Shown here one piece after another: positions 29,492-40,588 of a DNA stretch of 64,000 nucleotides (position 1 is the first letter of the stretch; every line of letters begins with the position of its first letter). Both the position numbers and the translations under genes were made by a program. The stretch is from Limnothrix sp. BL-A-16 (GTDB taxonomy: Bacteria; Cyanobacteriota; Cyanobacteriia; CACIAM-69d). The stretch covers positions 3,424,001 to 3,488,000 of the forward strand of contig CP166615.1 of NCBI GenBank assembly GCA_041937175.2. Direction: 5' to 3'. Under the pieces are notes generated by a model that made no database searches, had not been told where the DNA came from, and saw only the letters and a list, made by a program, of their open reading frames with translations.

Positions 29492-29687
29492 GGGCCAGTC
29501 GTCATGTTTTGGGATCACGCGAAAACGGTTAATCGTCCATGTCCTAACCACCCCAGACAAGGGGCTTAAGCCCCTTGCCCCCACGACTCCCACGATTCGC
29601 CCTTGCCCCACGACTCTCATGATTCGCCCTTGCCCCCACGACTCGTCACAGTGGAATCAGGGTTTTGGGCAATTGGACGACCCGCCC
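29492..29687 (-). mobile_element. Family-2 MITE (inverted) with internal ~27-bp tandem expansion
   Basis: Ends GGGCCAGTCGTCA / GGACGACCCGCCC; REP at 29557-29577; repeated CCCTTGCCCC(C)ACGACTC. Confidence 0.65.
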
Positions 29688-31150
29688 TAAAGCCCCAAAT
29701 CAAACAGACGCGCAATCCGCTTGCGCACCCACTGCACCGGGTTGCTGTCATCCTCATCGGCCGCAATCAAGCCCAAGGCCCGAAGCTGAGCCTGTCGATC
29801 GCGCAATTCCTCTTGGCGCACGGACAGTTCCCGCACAATCACCTCCGCGATCGGGGGATGCTGTCGCAACAACTCCGTGAACCCCCGCTGATTAATGGCA
29901 AAGAGCAAGGTTTCCTCATTGGCGCTCACCGTTGCCGTGCGCGGAATGCCCAACATCAGCGCCAACTCCCCAAAAAAGCTCCCCGCCTCCAAATCCGTCA
30001 GGTGCTTATCCAACTCCGCCACAAACACCTTCACCGATCCCGACAGCACAATATAAAAGCTATTGCCCGGATCCCCTTCCCGAAACAGCAGCTCATCTGG
30101 CTTGAGGCGCTGACGGTAACCGCACTCAATCACCCGCCGCAGATCCAAATCATTTAGATGCGAAAAGTAGTGAACCCGTTTCAGGGATTCCGTCAGCAGG
30201 CTCGATCGTGTTTCGCTGGAAATTTGGCGTTGGGCCAAGGGCGCAGGGGGCATAGCGGCCGTTGGATCACTGCCGCGCCCAAGGGGATAGAGCACTTCCG
30301 GGTTCCGGAGCCACAAATCCCGCTGGGGAAAGGGAATTTCAATGCCCTGTTGATGGAATCGATATTCGATCGCGCAGTTGAGGGCATGGCGAGCATCAAA
30401 CTCCCGTTCATAGCCCCGAATCCAAACCCGCAGATCAAAATCCAGCCCATGATCGCCCAACCCCAGCAAAATCACCGTGGGAGCCGGATCATCCAACACC
30501 ATGGACTCGGAATAGGCCACATCCAACAGCAATTCCGTCACCACCAGCGGGTCACTGCTGTAGGCCGTGCTGACTTTGATGTGCAGCCTTGCGGCTAAGT
30601 CGTTGTAGTGCCAATTGATGACCCGTTTTTCCACTAGATCGCTGTTGGGAACGATCACATGGGCCCCGTCCAGGGTGCGAATCACAGCCGATCGCAGGGC
30701 TACCTCCACCACATGCCCCGCCAGCCCATCGAATTCAATGAAATCCCCCACCCGAAGCTTGCGCTCCAAGAGCAGATTCAAGCCGCCCACAAAGTTTTTG
30801 GTGATGTTTTGCAGGCCCAAACCCACACCCACCCCCAAAGCTCCGGCCGGTACAGCGAGGGAATTGAGATTGAATCCGGCACTTTGTAAGAGCGCAACGA
30901 AAATCAAAACGCCGATGCCGTAACTAACAATGCCGGCGATCGGGCCGCGATTGCCCTCATCAATGCGGAGTTTGGCAAGCAGGCGGTTTTGCAGAAATCC
31001 CTTGATGATTTGCGCACCGCCGTAAACCAAGGCACTGTAGAGCACCAGTTGCAGTAAAAACCCAAGAGAAATAACCGTTTCGCCCAATTGAAACAGGGGT
31101 GTTTGCAGCAAATCCAGAAGGCCTTGCTGAAGGGGTTTGAACCAGTTCAT
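29687..31150 (-). CDS. MscS-family channel with C-terminal cyclic-nucleotide-binding domain
   Basis: GALGVGVGLGLQNITKNFVGG; IVPNS; IEIPFPQRDL; FREGDPG...FFGELALM.GIPRTATV. Confidence 0.92.
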   Translation of the reverse strand: MNWFKPLQQGLLDLLQTPLFQLGETVISLGFLLQLVLYSALVYGGAQIIKGFLQNRLLAKLRIDEGNRGPIAGIVSYGIGVLIFVALLQSAGFNLNSLAVPAGALGVGVGLGLQNITKNFVGGLNLLLERKLRVGDFIEFDGLAGHVVEVALRSAVIRTLDGAHVIVPNSDLVEKRVINWHYNDLAARLHIKVSTAYSSDPLVVTELLLDVAYSESMVLDDPAPTVILLGLGDHGLDFDLRVWIRGYEREFDARHALNCAIEYRFHQQGIEIPFPQRDLWLRNPEVLYPLGRGSDPTAAMPPAPLAQRQISSETRSSLLTESLKRVHYFSHLNDLDLRRVIECGYRQRLKPDELLFREGDPGNSFYIVLSGSVKVFVAELDKHLTDLEAGSFFGELALMLGIPRTATVSANEETLLFAINQRGFTELLRQHPPIAEVIVRELSVRQEELRDRQAQLRALGLIAADEDDSNPVQWVRKRIARLFDLGL

Positions 31151-31294
31151 GTTAGGGAGAGGTGAGCAACCTAGAGGCTGAAATCAAGCCAGACTAGCCG
31201 TTATTTAACCGAATTACTGTAGTTGAGTTGCTCGGGTGAGGAATTGATTCTGAAGCAAAAATAATGTGATTTTTCAGCCGAGAACCGGTGATTT

Positions 31295-33646
31295 TTAAGC
31301 TGGAGGGGCAGCGGTGTCTGATTCTGAGGCTGCGGCCTGGGCCCGATCGCCCAGGGATTGCAGCCATTGACCCAGGGCCGGAGACTTGGACGTGAATTGC
31401 ACCAAAACGTGATCCGGGCGATCGGGACTGGGGAGCACTTTGACATAAACTTCGCGGTTTTCCGGGCCTGGGGGCAGGGTATCCGGGGCTGAGGCTTCTG
31501 CCAGGTTCAGCTTGAGATTTGTTAGGGGCTTGGTTAAGGCCTGGGGGTTCGGGGCCGGGGCATTGCTGTCCGGGTCGATTGCCCCTTGGATTTTCAGCCA
31601 ACCGCCTTTGGCAGACAACTCCACCAACGCAACGGCCCAAGCCTGACTGCTGACATGTTTGCCATCCAGGGGTTGGGCGGTGAATTGCAAGGGGGCGATC
31701 GGGTAGTAGGTTTCCTGGGCCCGTTCCAGGGTGAGGTGATAGGGCGCACCCACGCCGCCCACGTCGTAAATGGTGATTGGTTCGGGAACGCCCTTAGGCT
31801 GTACCTGTTGGGTGGCGGCAATGTTGACGTAATCGGAGCCGCCAGCTTCTTCAAGGGCCGATTCGGTAATTAGAATTTGTCCCCCGATCGTGTAGGACTC
31901 AATCCGATAGGTCAGGTTGACTTGGGCCCCCACCACGCCATATTTAGCCCGTTTGTAGGAACCAATGTTGCCGACCACCACTTCGCCCGTGTTGATACCA
32001 ATGCCCATTTCCAAGGGTTGGTAGCCCATTTCGCGCATTTTGGCATTCACACCGCCCATGGCTTGCTGCATGGCGATCGCGCAGGCGATCGCCCGTTTGC
32101 CATCGTCCGATCGGGTGGTGGGAGCCCCAAACAACACCAAAATTCCATCCCCCATAAACTCATCGATCGTGCCCTGAAAGTCCGTGATCGCATCGGCCAT
32201 GGCTTCCAGGTAGAGGTTAATGATTTCGATCACCCTTTCCGGGGGCAACCGTTCGGCGGTGGCCGTGAACCCTCGCAGATCGGAGGTCAAGATGGTGATT
32301 TTTCGCCGCTCCCCGCCCATTTTTAGGCCTTCGGGATCTTCCAGCAGGTTGGCCACCACTTCATTGTTCAGATATCGGCCAAAGGTGTTGCGAATCTGGC
32401 CGGCGGTGCGGGCCAGGTAAAGGGCCACCATGGTCGCTCCCACCAACCAAGACAGCAGGGGCGGCACAAAGGGAACCCACAGGCCTTGGATCATCGCCCC
32501 TTGGCAAATTCCCCACAACAGCAACACCAAGCCGCCGGAACCTCCAATGCCCCAAATGGCAATCCAACGGCGCGAGTCCGGCAGCCGCAACAGCCAAGCC
32601 AAGGTGGAACCAACGGCGGCCCAGCCCACAATCCACAACCACTCGATCGGCTCCTGCCAGGTGGTGAGGAGGGGGCGATTGTCGAGGGCGGCGGCAATCA
32701 CTTCGCTGGTGAAGTGGGCGTGGATTTCAACCCCGGCCATTCTTTGGGGCAGCTCTAGGGGTTTGCCGCTATAGGGCGTGAGGAAGAGATCGCGGCCGCT
32801 TTCGCTGATGTTGCCAATCAGCACCACCCGATCGCGGGCCCAGTTGGCGGGGAGTTTGCCATCCACCAAATCCCGCAAGGAAACGGTTTCAAAGGAGCCA
32901 CTCCCGCCACGATAGTTCAGCAGCAGTTGGTTGCCCGCATCGTTGGCATGGATGTAGCCGCCGTCATGGCTCCGAAACCGCCGAAAAATGGCGTTTTTGA
33001 GCTGAAAGGCTCCGGGTTCGGCGGCCACGGATTCGGGTGCGACGTTTTCTGGGTATAGATACAGCAGGGCCAGGTAAAGACCCAAACCGTAGATTTTGTT
33101 GTCTTCTACGTCTTGGGTATCGATTAAAACCCGCCGCACTTTGCCATCCGCATCCACCACAAAATCATTGGTGCCCACTTGCCCTTTAGCGGCCAGGGCA
33201 GGAGGCGCGGCCACCCGATCGGCGGCGGTTTCCCCCCGCACCTTGGCAATGCCCACCAGGTAATCGGTGTTGTTAAACAGGCGCACCAGGTTGGCGTGGC
33301 CGGGTTCCTGGGGCAAGTCGCGGTAAATATCCAACCCGATCGCCCGGGGGCCCATGGCCTTTAACCGTTCGATCGCCTGGGCATAGACCCCATCGGGCAG
33401 GGTTGTGGTGCCAAACCGCTGCAAGTCGGCATCGGTGATCCCCACAATTGCCACGCGCCGATCGGGAGCCTCCGCCGGCCGGGCCTGGAGCATTTGGTCA
33501 TAGGCCAACCATTCCAGCCCTTGCAGCAGACCCAATTCCCGCATTCCCAAAACGAAGCCGGTGGCTGTGGGAACCGCCAGCAGCACGCCTCGCCACTGCC
33601 AGACCCACCGTTTGAGGATCTTGGTCCAGGATTTCATAACTGCCAC
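31295..33646 (-). CDS. CHASE2-domain class III nucleotide cyclase (Cya2-like)
   Basis: AIGLDIYRD and GVEIHA (CHASE2); 3 TM segments; SDLRGFT; IDEFMGDG; KYGVVGAQVNLTYRIES. Confidence 0.92.
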   Translation of the reverse strand: MAVMKSWTKILKRWVWQWRGVLLAVPTATGFVLGMRELGLLQGLEWLAYDQMLQARPAEAPDRRVAIVGITDADLQRFGTTTLPDGVYAQAIERLKAMGPRAIGLDIYRDLPQEPGHANLVRLFNNTDYLVGIAKVRGETAADRVAAPPALAAKGQVGTNDFVVDADGKVRRVLIDTQDVEDNKIYGLGLYLALLYLYPENVAPESVAAEPGAFQLKNAIFRRFRSHDGGYIHANDAGNQLLLNYRGGSGSFETVSLRDLVDGKLPANWARDRVVLIGNISESGRDLFLTPYSGKPLELPQRMAGVEIHAHFTSEVIAAALDNRPLLTTWQEPIEWLWIVGWAAVGSTLAWLLRLPDSRRWIAIWGIGGSGGLVLLLWGICQGAMIQGLWVPFVPPLLSWLVGATMVALYLARTAGQIRNTFGRYLNNEVVANLLEDPEGLKMGGERRKITILTSDLRGFTATAERLPPERVIEIINLYLEAMADAITDFQGTIDEFMGDGILVLFGAPTTRSDDGKRAIACAIAMQQAMGGVNAKMREMGYQPLEMGIGINTGEVVVGNIGSYKRAKYGVVGAQVNLTYRIESYTIGGQILITESALEEAGGSDYVNIAATQQVQPKGVPEPITIYDVGGVGAPYHLTLERAQETYYPIAPLQFTAQPLDGKHVSSQAWAVALVELSAKGGWLKIQGAIDPDSNAPAPNPQALTKPLTNLKLNLAEASAPDTLPPGPENREVYVKVLPSPDRPDHVLVQFTSKSPALGQWLQSLGDRAQAAASESDTAAPPA

Positions 33647-33693
33647 TCAACCGGAGAACCTAATTGGGAAATTGGGAAATTGGGATGGGGAAC

Positions 33694-34545
33694 CTAATTC
33701 AGGAGTCGGGCGCTGGCGAGGTTTTGCAGGCCCACGGATTCCAACAGGCTTTGCCATTGATCCGGTTGGGTGGTTTGGAGGGCGATGGCCGTGGCCAAGG
33801 TGTCGTACCAGAGGCGTGCTTCTGCCAGGACTTGGGCCCGTTGGAAGGGATCGCGGGCTGCACTGAGGCGGCGATTAACGCTGTCCGGCAGGGCCACGAG
33901 TTTCACTTCCCCGATCGCGGCCACATCGCTGGCTCGATCGCTGGGGTCACAAACAATCGAAAAAGCCCAATTGTAGGTTTTGCCCGTTTGCAGCGCCTTG
34001 CCAGGGCTGAGGAGGGACATTTTTAAAATCCCCGCCTGACCGGTGAGCGGCACGGCTTGGCGATCGACCAAGTTGCCATCTTGGTCGGCCACCACCAGTT
34101 CTGCGGTTTTGACCACCGTGGAGGGCACGTAAACAAATACTGTTGGGTTAGCGCTGGTGGCTTGACCTGACTGGTTTTGTGGCAATAAAAGGGTCAAATT
34201 GGGCCCCGTGGCCGCAATACATTCACCGCCTCGGGTGCCACCGCCAGTGGTGCGGTTGGGGCCGCCCCGATCTTCCGTTTGGGGAAACCGCAGCCCGGAG
34301 CGAGGTGCCCCAAAGCGAGTGCCACCCCCGATCGTGCGGTTGGGGCCGCCTCGGTTTTCGGTGTTGGGGAAGACGGGCCCGGCGATCGAGGCGGCCTGGG
34401 CAGGGGCCAGGGAGAGGGCAATGCCACCGCATAGCAGCATGGCAACTGCGCTCCGAGTCGCCAAGTGGTTCCGAGTGGGCGTTTTTTTCTGAAGGTTGCT
34501 CATGACTGGTTCTCCAGCGTGCGTTGCACTGGCTTGCACCTGCAT
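33694..34545 (-). CDS. DUF928-family exported protein
   Basis: GGGTRGG.C; TSANPTVFVYVP; YNWAFSIVC; LWYDTL; WQSLLESVGL. Confidence 0.88.
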   Translation of the reverse strand: MQVQASATHAGEPVMSNLQKKTPTRNHLATRSAVAMLLCGGIALSLAPAQAASIAGPVFPNTENRGGPNRTIGGGTRFGAPRSGLRFPQTEDRGGPNRTTGGGTRGGECIAATGPNLTLLLPQNQSGQATSANPTVFVYVPSTVVKTAELVVADQDGNLVDRQAVPLTGQAGILKMSLLSPGKALQTGKTYNWAFSIVCDPSDRASDVAAIGEVKLVALPDSVNRRLSAARDPFQRAQVLAEARLWYDTLATAIALQTTQPDQWQSLLESVGLQNLASARLLN

Positions 34546-34756
34546 TGCCTGACGGGTTGATTACACCCTGCGATAGGAGTTTTGGACGAGAGAATGGGGG
34601 CCACAAGTTCCAATGCCGGGATAGGCAAGGGCGAGACCAACCGGGAGCCAACGCCCTGAAATGGGCTGACTGCCCTGGATCTCGCCGCTTCTGGGCAATG
34701 GAAATGGAATCTTGAATGGCTGATTCCAATCTTAGCTGGCTGTTTTCAGTTTGCCC

Positions 34757-35749
34757 CTAGCCACCAATCTGGGACATGGTACGGGCGTAGCGTCCGGTGG
34801 TTCCTGATTCGCGATTTTTGAAGTTGATCTCGGGTTTGGCTTGGATCAGTTGGCTAACTTGGGCCCGCAAATCCTGGAGGTCAACGCCCGATCGCAGTTG
34901 GCTTTTAAGGTCGATTTGGCTCGACTCATTCAGCAGACAGGGGCGCAACCAGCCATCGGCCGAAAGGCGCATTCGATTGCAGCGATCACAGAAGCATTCC
35001 GACATTTGGCTAATGAAGCCGATCGTGCCCTTGGCTCCCGGAATTTGGAACACGTCGGCGGGGCCATTGCCGGTGACCCAACCGGTGGTCAGGCCCCAGC
35101 GCGATCGAATCCGTTGTCGCAACTGCTCTGAATCAATCCAACCCCGATCGGCAAACAGATCTTGATTCCCGATCGGCATGAACTCAATGAACCGCACATG
35201 CCACTGGCGATCGAGCGTCAGGGCGGCCAAGGCTTCCACCTCTTGGTCATTGATGCCCGGGATCACCACCACATTCAGCTTCAGCGGATCGAAACCCACC
35301 CGGTGAGCCGCTTGGATGCCATCCCAAACCTGTTGCCAGCGCGATCGCCCCCGATTCCCAATAATCACATCAAAAGTTTCTGGAATCAGGGAATCCAAGC
35401 TGATATTAATCCGTCGTAATCCTGCGTCGTAGAGCGGTTGGGCCAAATCCTTCAGCAGAAAGGCATTGGTGGTGAGGGACAAGTCCAAGGTTTCTGGAAA
35501 CTGCGCGATCGCCTGGGTAATTTCCACCACCCCCGGCCGCAACAGGGGTTCTCCCCCCGTGAGTCGAAAGCGCCGAAACCCTGCCGGCATCAGCACTTCC
35601 CGCAACAACAGCAGCAACTCCCCATCGGTCAGCAAATCCTGTTGCAACGCAAACTGCAAATCTGTTCCCTCGGGCATACAGTACTGGCAGCGGAAGTTGC
35701 AGCGGTCAATCAAACTGATGCGCAGATAATCAATCGTTTCAGCGGCCAT
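34757..35749 (-). CDS. moaA: GTP 3',8-cyclase
   Basis: [43 protein letters not shown]-terminus. Confidence 0.96.
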   Translation of the reverse strand: MAAETIDYLRISLIDRCNFRCQYCMPEGTDLQFALQQDLLTDGELLLLLREVLMPAGFRRFRLTGGEPLLRPGVVEITQAIAQFPETLDLSLTTNAFLLKDLAQPLYDAGLRRINISLDSLIPETFDVIIGNRGRSRWQQVWDGIQAAHRVGFDPLKLNVVVIPGINDQEVEALAALTLDRQWHVRFIEFMPIGNQDLFADRGWIDSEQLRQRIRSRWGLTTGWVTGNGPADVFQIPGAKGTIGFISQMSECFCDRCNRMRLSADGWLRPCLLNESSQIDLKSQLRSGVDLQDLRAQVSQLIQAKPEINFKNRESGTTGRYARTMSQIGG

Positions 35750-36334
35750 AAGTGCCCAACCCAGTTCCTGACGAACTTGTTCGTGGCGATGTGGCCAATC
35801 ATTATTCAGGATCTCGACCAAAATCCATGCTTTTTCTTGCCGGGTTCGTTCATACCTAATGGGTTATCCTTAATCGGTTCAATCGGTTCATCCGCTCCAT
35901 GGGTTATCATCGGGGCATTCAAATGGCCATCCATATCAACGGCCATCTAAGTTGGTACACTTTTTTTGGCTCGTTAGCCCTTAAGGGCTGGCTGTGCCCG
36001 CGCTGTTCGCCGTGGACTGAGCCGCCGTCGATCGCCCGCCCGCTTCATTCGGTTTGGTCGATCGCGCTTGGTGTTTTCGTTGCCCGCCAACGACTCGCCA
36101 GCTCAGTGCCTCCCATCCAGCCGCCGCAATTAATAGATTTTTGAGTCAGCTTTTTCGCGCTAATCAGTTTTTTCAGTTTTTAATGACCTAGCATCGGGCC
36201 GCAGCATTTTGCATTGGCAGTCACGGTAACTGACTCGCCCAGCCCGATCGCTCCTATTGATTTCTTCATCAAAATGGCCGCTGGCAGCGAGGCTGTCCGA
36301 TATGCTATTCCGTCTACCTTCTCGCTGACGACCC

Positions 36335-37942
36335 GTGACTACCGAAACCCTATCGCCCACCGTCACCCCCCCCGACTCCCGAGTCAACCGCCAGTTCATC
36401 GCCATTTTGGACTTTGGCTCCCAATATTCCGAACTGATTGCCCGTCGGATTCGCGAAACCCAGGTTTATTCCGAAGTTCTGTCCTATCGCACCTCCGCCG
36501 AGCAACTGCGGCAACTTAGCCCCAAGGGCATCATCCTGTCTGGCGGCCCCAGTTCCGTCTATGCCGATGGTGCGCCCCTGTGCGACCCGGAACTGTGGAA
36601 CCTGGGCGTTCCCGTGCTGGGCGTTTGCTACGGAATGCAGTTGATGGTGCAACAGTTGGGCGGCCTCGTAGAAGCAGCCGATCGGGGCGAATATGGCAAA
36701 GCGGCCCTGTTTGTGGATGACCCCACCGACTTGCTCACCAACGTGGAAGACGGTTCCACCATGTGGATGAGCCACGGCGATTCCTGCACTCAGTTGCCCA
36801 GCGGGTTTGAGGTTTTAGCCCACACGGATAACACCCCCTGCGCCGCGATCGCCGATCACCAACGCAAACTCTACGGCGTGCAATTCCACCCGGAAGTGGT
36901 GCATTCCGTCGGAGGCGCGGCCCTAATTCGCAACTTTGTTTATCACATCTGCCATTGCCACCCCACCTGGACCACGGAAGCCTTTGTGGAAGAAGCCGTG
37001 CGCGAAGTGCGGGCCCGCGTGGGCGATAAGCGGGTGCTGTTGGCCCTGTCGGGTGGGGTCGATTCTTCCACCTTGGCCTTTTTGCTGCACAAGGCGATCG
37101 GGGATAACCTCACCTGCATGTTCATTGACCAGGGCTTCATGCGCAAAGGCGAGCCAGAGCGTCTGTTGAAGCTGTTCCAAGAGGAATTTCACATTCCCGT
37201 GGAATATGTCAACGCCCGTCGCCGCTTCATCAATGCCGTGGATGGAGTTTCCGATCCTGAGCAGAAGCGCAAAATCATTGGCCATGAATTCATTGCCGTC
37301 TTTGAAGAAGAATCCACCCGCTTGGGCCCCTTCGATTACCTGGCCCAGGGAACCCTGTACCCCGACGTGATTGAGTCGGCGGACACCAACATGGATCCCA
37401 AAACCGGCGAGCGCGTGGCTGTCAAAATCAAGAGCCACCACAACGTGGGCGGGTTGCCAGACAACTTGCGCTTCAAGCTGGTGGAACCGCTGCGGAAGCT
37501 GTTCAAGGACGAAGTGCGCAAGGTGGGCCGGGCCTTAGGGTTGCCCGAAGAGATCGTGAAGCGGCAGCCCTTCCCCGGGCCGGGCTTGGCCATTCGGATT
37601 TTGGGCGAAATCACCGATGAGCGGCTGGATATTCTGCGGGATGCGGATTTGATTGTGCGGCAAGAAATTAACCGTGCTGGCCTCTACAACGACGTTTGGC
37701 AGGCGTTTGCGGTGTTGTTGCCCGTGCGTAGTGTGGGGGTGATGGGCGATAAGCGCACCTATGCCTACCCGATCGTGCTGCGGATGGTGACCAGCGAAGA
37801 CGGCATGACCGCCGATTGGGCCAGGGTTCCCTACGATTTGCTGGAGACCATTTCCAACCGGATTGTGAATGAGGTGGAAGGGGTCAACCGGGTGGTCTAT
37901 GATGTGACCTCCAAGCCGCCGGGCACGATCGAATGGGAATAG
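36335..37942 (+). CDS. guaA: GMP synthase (glutamine-hydrolysing)
   Basis: [46 protein letters not shown]. Confidence 0.97.
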   Translation: MTTETLSPTVTPPDSRVNRQFIAILDFGSQYSELIARRIRETQVYSEVLSYRTSAEQLRQLSPKGIILSGGPSSVYADGAPLCDPELWNLGVPVLGVCYGMQLMVQQLGGLVEAADRGEYGKAALFVDDPTDLLTNVEDGSTMWMSHGDSCTQLPSGFEVLAHTDNTPCAAIADHQRKLYGVQFHPEVVHSVGGAALIRNFVYHICHCHPTWTTEAFVEEAVREVRARVGDKRVLLALSGGVDSSTLAFLLHKAIGDNLTCMFIDQGFMRKGEPERLLKLFQEEFHIPVEYVNARRRFINAVDGVSDPEQKRKIIGHEFIAVFEEESTRLGPFDYLAQGTLYPDVIESADTNMDPKTGERVAVKIKSHHNVGGLPDNLRFKLVEPLRKLFKDEVRKVGRALGLPEEIVKRQPFPGPGLAIRILGEITDERLDILRDADLIVRQEINRAGLYNDVWQAFAVLLPVRSVGVMGDKRTYAYPIVLRMVTSEDGMTADWARVPYDLLETISNRIVNEVEGVNRVVYDVTSKPPGTIEWE

Positions 37943-38139
37943 GGCTAATTGCGGGGGGACTCGATCGATCTTGATTAATCTCAATTGACCTCGATTTACG
38001 GAGCTTGATCGAGATTCGTTGAGGTCGATCGAACCAAGTGCCCCCAAAAGCTAACCCTCTAGCTTAACGAAATTTCCCCAATTAAACCGATCACCCTCCA
38101 ATTTCCCCGCTCAATTCGTTGATGCGGGGACGGTCATCC

Positions 38140-38190
38140 TGTGGAAAACTAAACATTTTCTGTGGAAAACTCGGCCGCCCTTGTGGAAAA
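38140..38190 (-). promoter_or_regulatory. Three TTTTCCACA boxes (cyanobacterial DnaA-box-like), 21-bp period
   Basis: TGTGGAAAACT at 38140, 38161 and 38182. Confidence 0.4.
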
Positions 38191-38222
38191 CTCAGGATTT
38201 TTAACCGATTATTAAATCTTCT

Positions 38223-39164
38223 TTAAACTTCCTGATGGGTGAGTGAGTCCATGCTGTAGGTCAACTGATCACTCTGATAACCATTGGGTTCCACGTGGAT
38301 GGTCATGCGCACGGGATGGTAGTGATCGCAAAGGGCTGACTCCACCGCTTCCGTGATGTCGTGGGCCCGGCGCACGTCCTCCGCCTCCACCACCAAATGC
38401 ATTTCCATAAAGACTTGCCGCCCTAATACCCCACGCGAGGCGATGTCGTGGCAGTTGACCACACCCGGCACGCTCATCACCAGGCTATGAATTTCTTCGG
38501 GGGGAACGGCCATGGCATCGATCAACCAAGGCAGGTTCGATCGCAACACGTCCCAGCCACTCTTGAACACCAACAGGGCCACGGGGAACGCCAGGGCCAC
38601 ATCCAGCCAGCGCTGGCCCCACCAAACGCCCAATAACCCCCCAATCACTGTCATCGTGATCCACACATCACCCATAGTGTGGCGAGCGTCGGCCATCAGG
38701 ATGTTGCTGTGGAGCTTTTGGCCCCAATGGCGTTCGTAGACAGCCACCAAAATATTGATCCCCAACACCAGAACGGTCAGCCCGATCGCCGGGCCGGAGA
38801 CATTCACGGCCTCGCCCTGGCCGGTTAGTCGCTCGATCGCCCCTTGCATAATTTCAAAACAAGCCACTCCCAAAAATGCAGCGATCCCCAAGGCCCCAAG
38901 GGCTTCATATTTTTGGTGACCGTAGGGATGTTCCCGATCGGGGCGCGGATCGGCTAGCTGGCTGGTAACCAACCCCAGCACGTTGCTGGCGCTGTCCGTC
39001 ACGCTGTGCAAGGCATCGGCCAACAGGCTCAAGGATCCGGTGGCCCAACCCACGAGGGCTTTGATCACCAACACCACAAGATTCAGCAACAGCGTCAGCC
39101 ACAGGATATACCGAATCTTTCGCTGACGTTTATCGGGGCTAAGGAAACTGGTAGAGGCAGACAT
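38223..39164 (-). CDS. Cation diffusion facilitator (FieF-like) transporter
   Basis: SLLADALHSVTD; HPYGHQKYE; ADARHTMGD; IHVEP. Confidence 0.93.
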   Translation of the reverse strand: MSASTSFLSPDKRQRKIRYILWLTLLLNLVVLVIKALVGWATGSLSLLADALHSVTDSASNVLGLVTSQLADPRPDREHPYGHQKYEALGALGIAAFLGVACFEIMQGAIERLTGQGEAVNVSGPAIGLTVLVLGINILVAVYERHWGQKLHSNILMADARHTMGDVWITMTVIGGLLGVWWGQRWLDVALAFPVALLVFKSGWDVLRSNLPWLIDAMAVPPEEIHSLVMSVPGVVNCHDIASRGVLGRQVFMEMHLVVEAEDVRRAHDITEAVESALCDHYHPVRMTIHVEPNGYQSDQLTYSMDSLTHQEV

Positions 39165-39257
39165 GGTGTTAGGCGGTGGTCAAGCCAAGAGACCGCGAGG
39201 GAGGTTGAAAAAGGATCAATGCTTTTGAGCATCGCTTTTGAGCATCGCTTTTGGGCA

Positions 39258-39593
39258 TCAAGACTCATCAGCGTGACTAGATGCATCGAGGGTGGGGCGA
39301 TCGGGAGCAGATTCAACATCCAGCTTCTTCGCCCGTTGCCCTTGGAATTGTTGCCAAATGCCAGCAGACCAAAACGACACCAGGGCGATCGCAAACCAGT
39401 TCACGCGATCGTTAGAAGCGTTCAGGGCCACCGCTGGCCAAACGTAGGGAGCAACGAATTGCAACAGGGCGATCGTGCCAAACAAGCCCCATCCCAGTTG
39501 GCCATAGCGTTGCCAAATCCAGATGCCTGCCAATGCCGCTAGGATGGGCATCCAACCATAAAGGAACTGCAAACCAGCATCGAGCGTTTCCAT
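39258..39593 (-). CDS. Small membrane protein
   Basis: 111 aa with three hydrophobic segments; co-oriented with its neighbours. Confidence 0.6.
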   Translation of the reverse strand: METLDAGLQFLYGWMPILAALAGIWIWQRYGQLGWGLFGTIALLQFVAPYVWPAVALNASNDRVNWFAIALVSFWSAGIWQQFQGQRAKKLDVESAPDRPTLDASSHADES

Positions 39594-39796
39594 GGGCCTT
39601 GTCAGCGATTAGGGAAATGGGGCGTTTGGCAACTAATACATTGGCCACTGACACATTGGCGACCAATGCATGGGGCACTCATTCACAAACGCCAATTCAC
39701 TAGTTAATTAACTGGCTAATCCTCTGCTGAAGTCACTAGCTTGATTGACCAGATGAACTAACCAGATGAATTAACCAAATTCATCAACCAAATTCA

Positions 39797-40588
39797 TCAA
39801 CCAGAAAACTGATAGGCAAACTGCGTTTTAGTGATCGCCTTTGGGTCATACCAATCAGTGAGGGATTGGAGACCATCGAACAGTTTTTTGGCGCGGAGGG
39901 CGCTGCGAGCGGAAAAGTTTTCCGCATCTTCGCCGTAAGCAAACGAAAACTCAACCACTGAAGGCTGTGCTTGGCGATCGGGATCCACATACCAGGCCGT
40001 GAGGGCCACTTCTGCGTCCTGTTTGCCAAAGTCAATGATCGCCCCGCGTTGCACAAACTCTTTGGCAACAAACTGATTCACAACGGTCAAGGGTTTGCTG
40101 GCCGACAGTTCCAGGGAATCAACCCCCGGGAAGTTGGTGGCCAAATCCCCGATCGTTGTCCAATTTGCCGATTCCACAACGGCACTCGTGGAATGGGAAA
40201 ACTGACTGCGGAAGGGGGGAACAATGTCCTCTTCAAATTTGGTTTCGCCCTTGAGCGTGGGAGTGGAAACATCTGCACCCCAAGCAATGTAGCGATCGGG
40301 CGATCGATACTTCAGCATCACCTTCGTGCGGGCGGGTTTGCCGGCCTTCAGTTCCACTCGACGGCGCACAATGTAGCCGGTGTTGAGCAAGTCATGTTCT
40401 GGTGTGTCCAAAAACACCACTTCCCGCTTCACCAATTCGCTGAGTTCGCCCGTCACCTTCAGACCCAAACCTTCTGCGAGGTTGCGAACAACTAACCAAA
40501 ATCGATCGACTCCAGCCGCCCGATCGGTAAATTGATTCGCCTGCAAAATCACTTTGTATTCACGAGATGCAACACAAGACATGGGCAA
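39797..40588 (-). CDS. Hypothetical protein, possible CYTH/TTM-like fold
   Basis: SREYK; FLDT..HDL...GYIVRRR; LKYR; KFEED; VEFSF. Confidence 0.6.
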   Translation of the reverse strand: MPMSCVASREYKVILQANQFTDRAAGVDRFWLVVRNLAEGLGLKVTGELSELVKREVVFLDTPEHDLLNTGYIVRRRVELKAGKPARTKVMLKYRSPDRYIAWGADVSTPTLKGETKFEEDIVPPFRSQFSHSTSAVVESANWTTIGDLATNFPGVDSLELSASKPLTVVNQFVAKEFVQRGAIIDFGKQDAEVALTAWYVDPDRQAQPSVVEFSFAYGEDAENFSARSALRAKKLFDGLQSLTDWYDPKAITKTQFAYQFSG

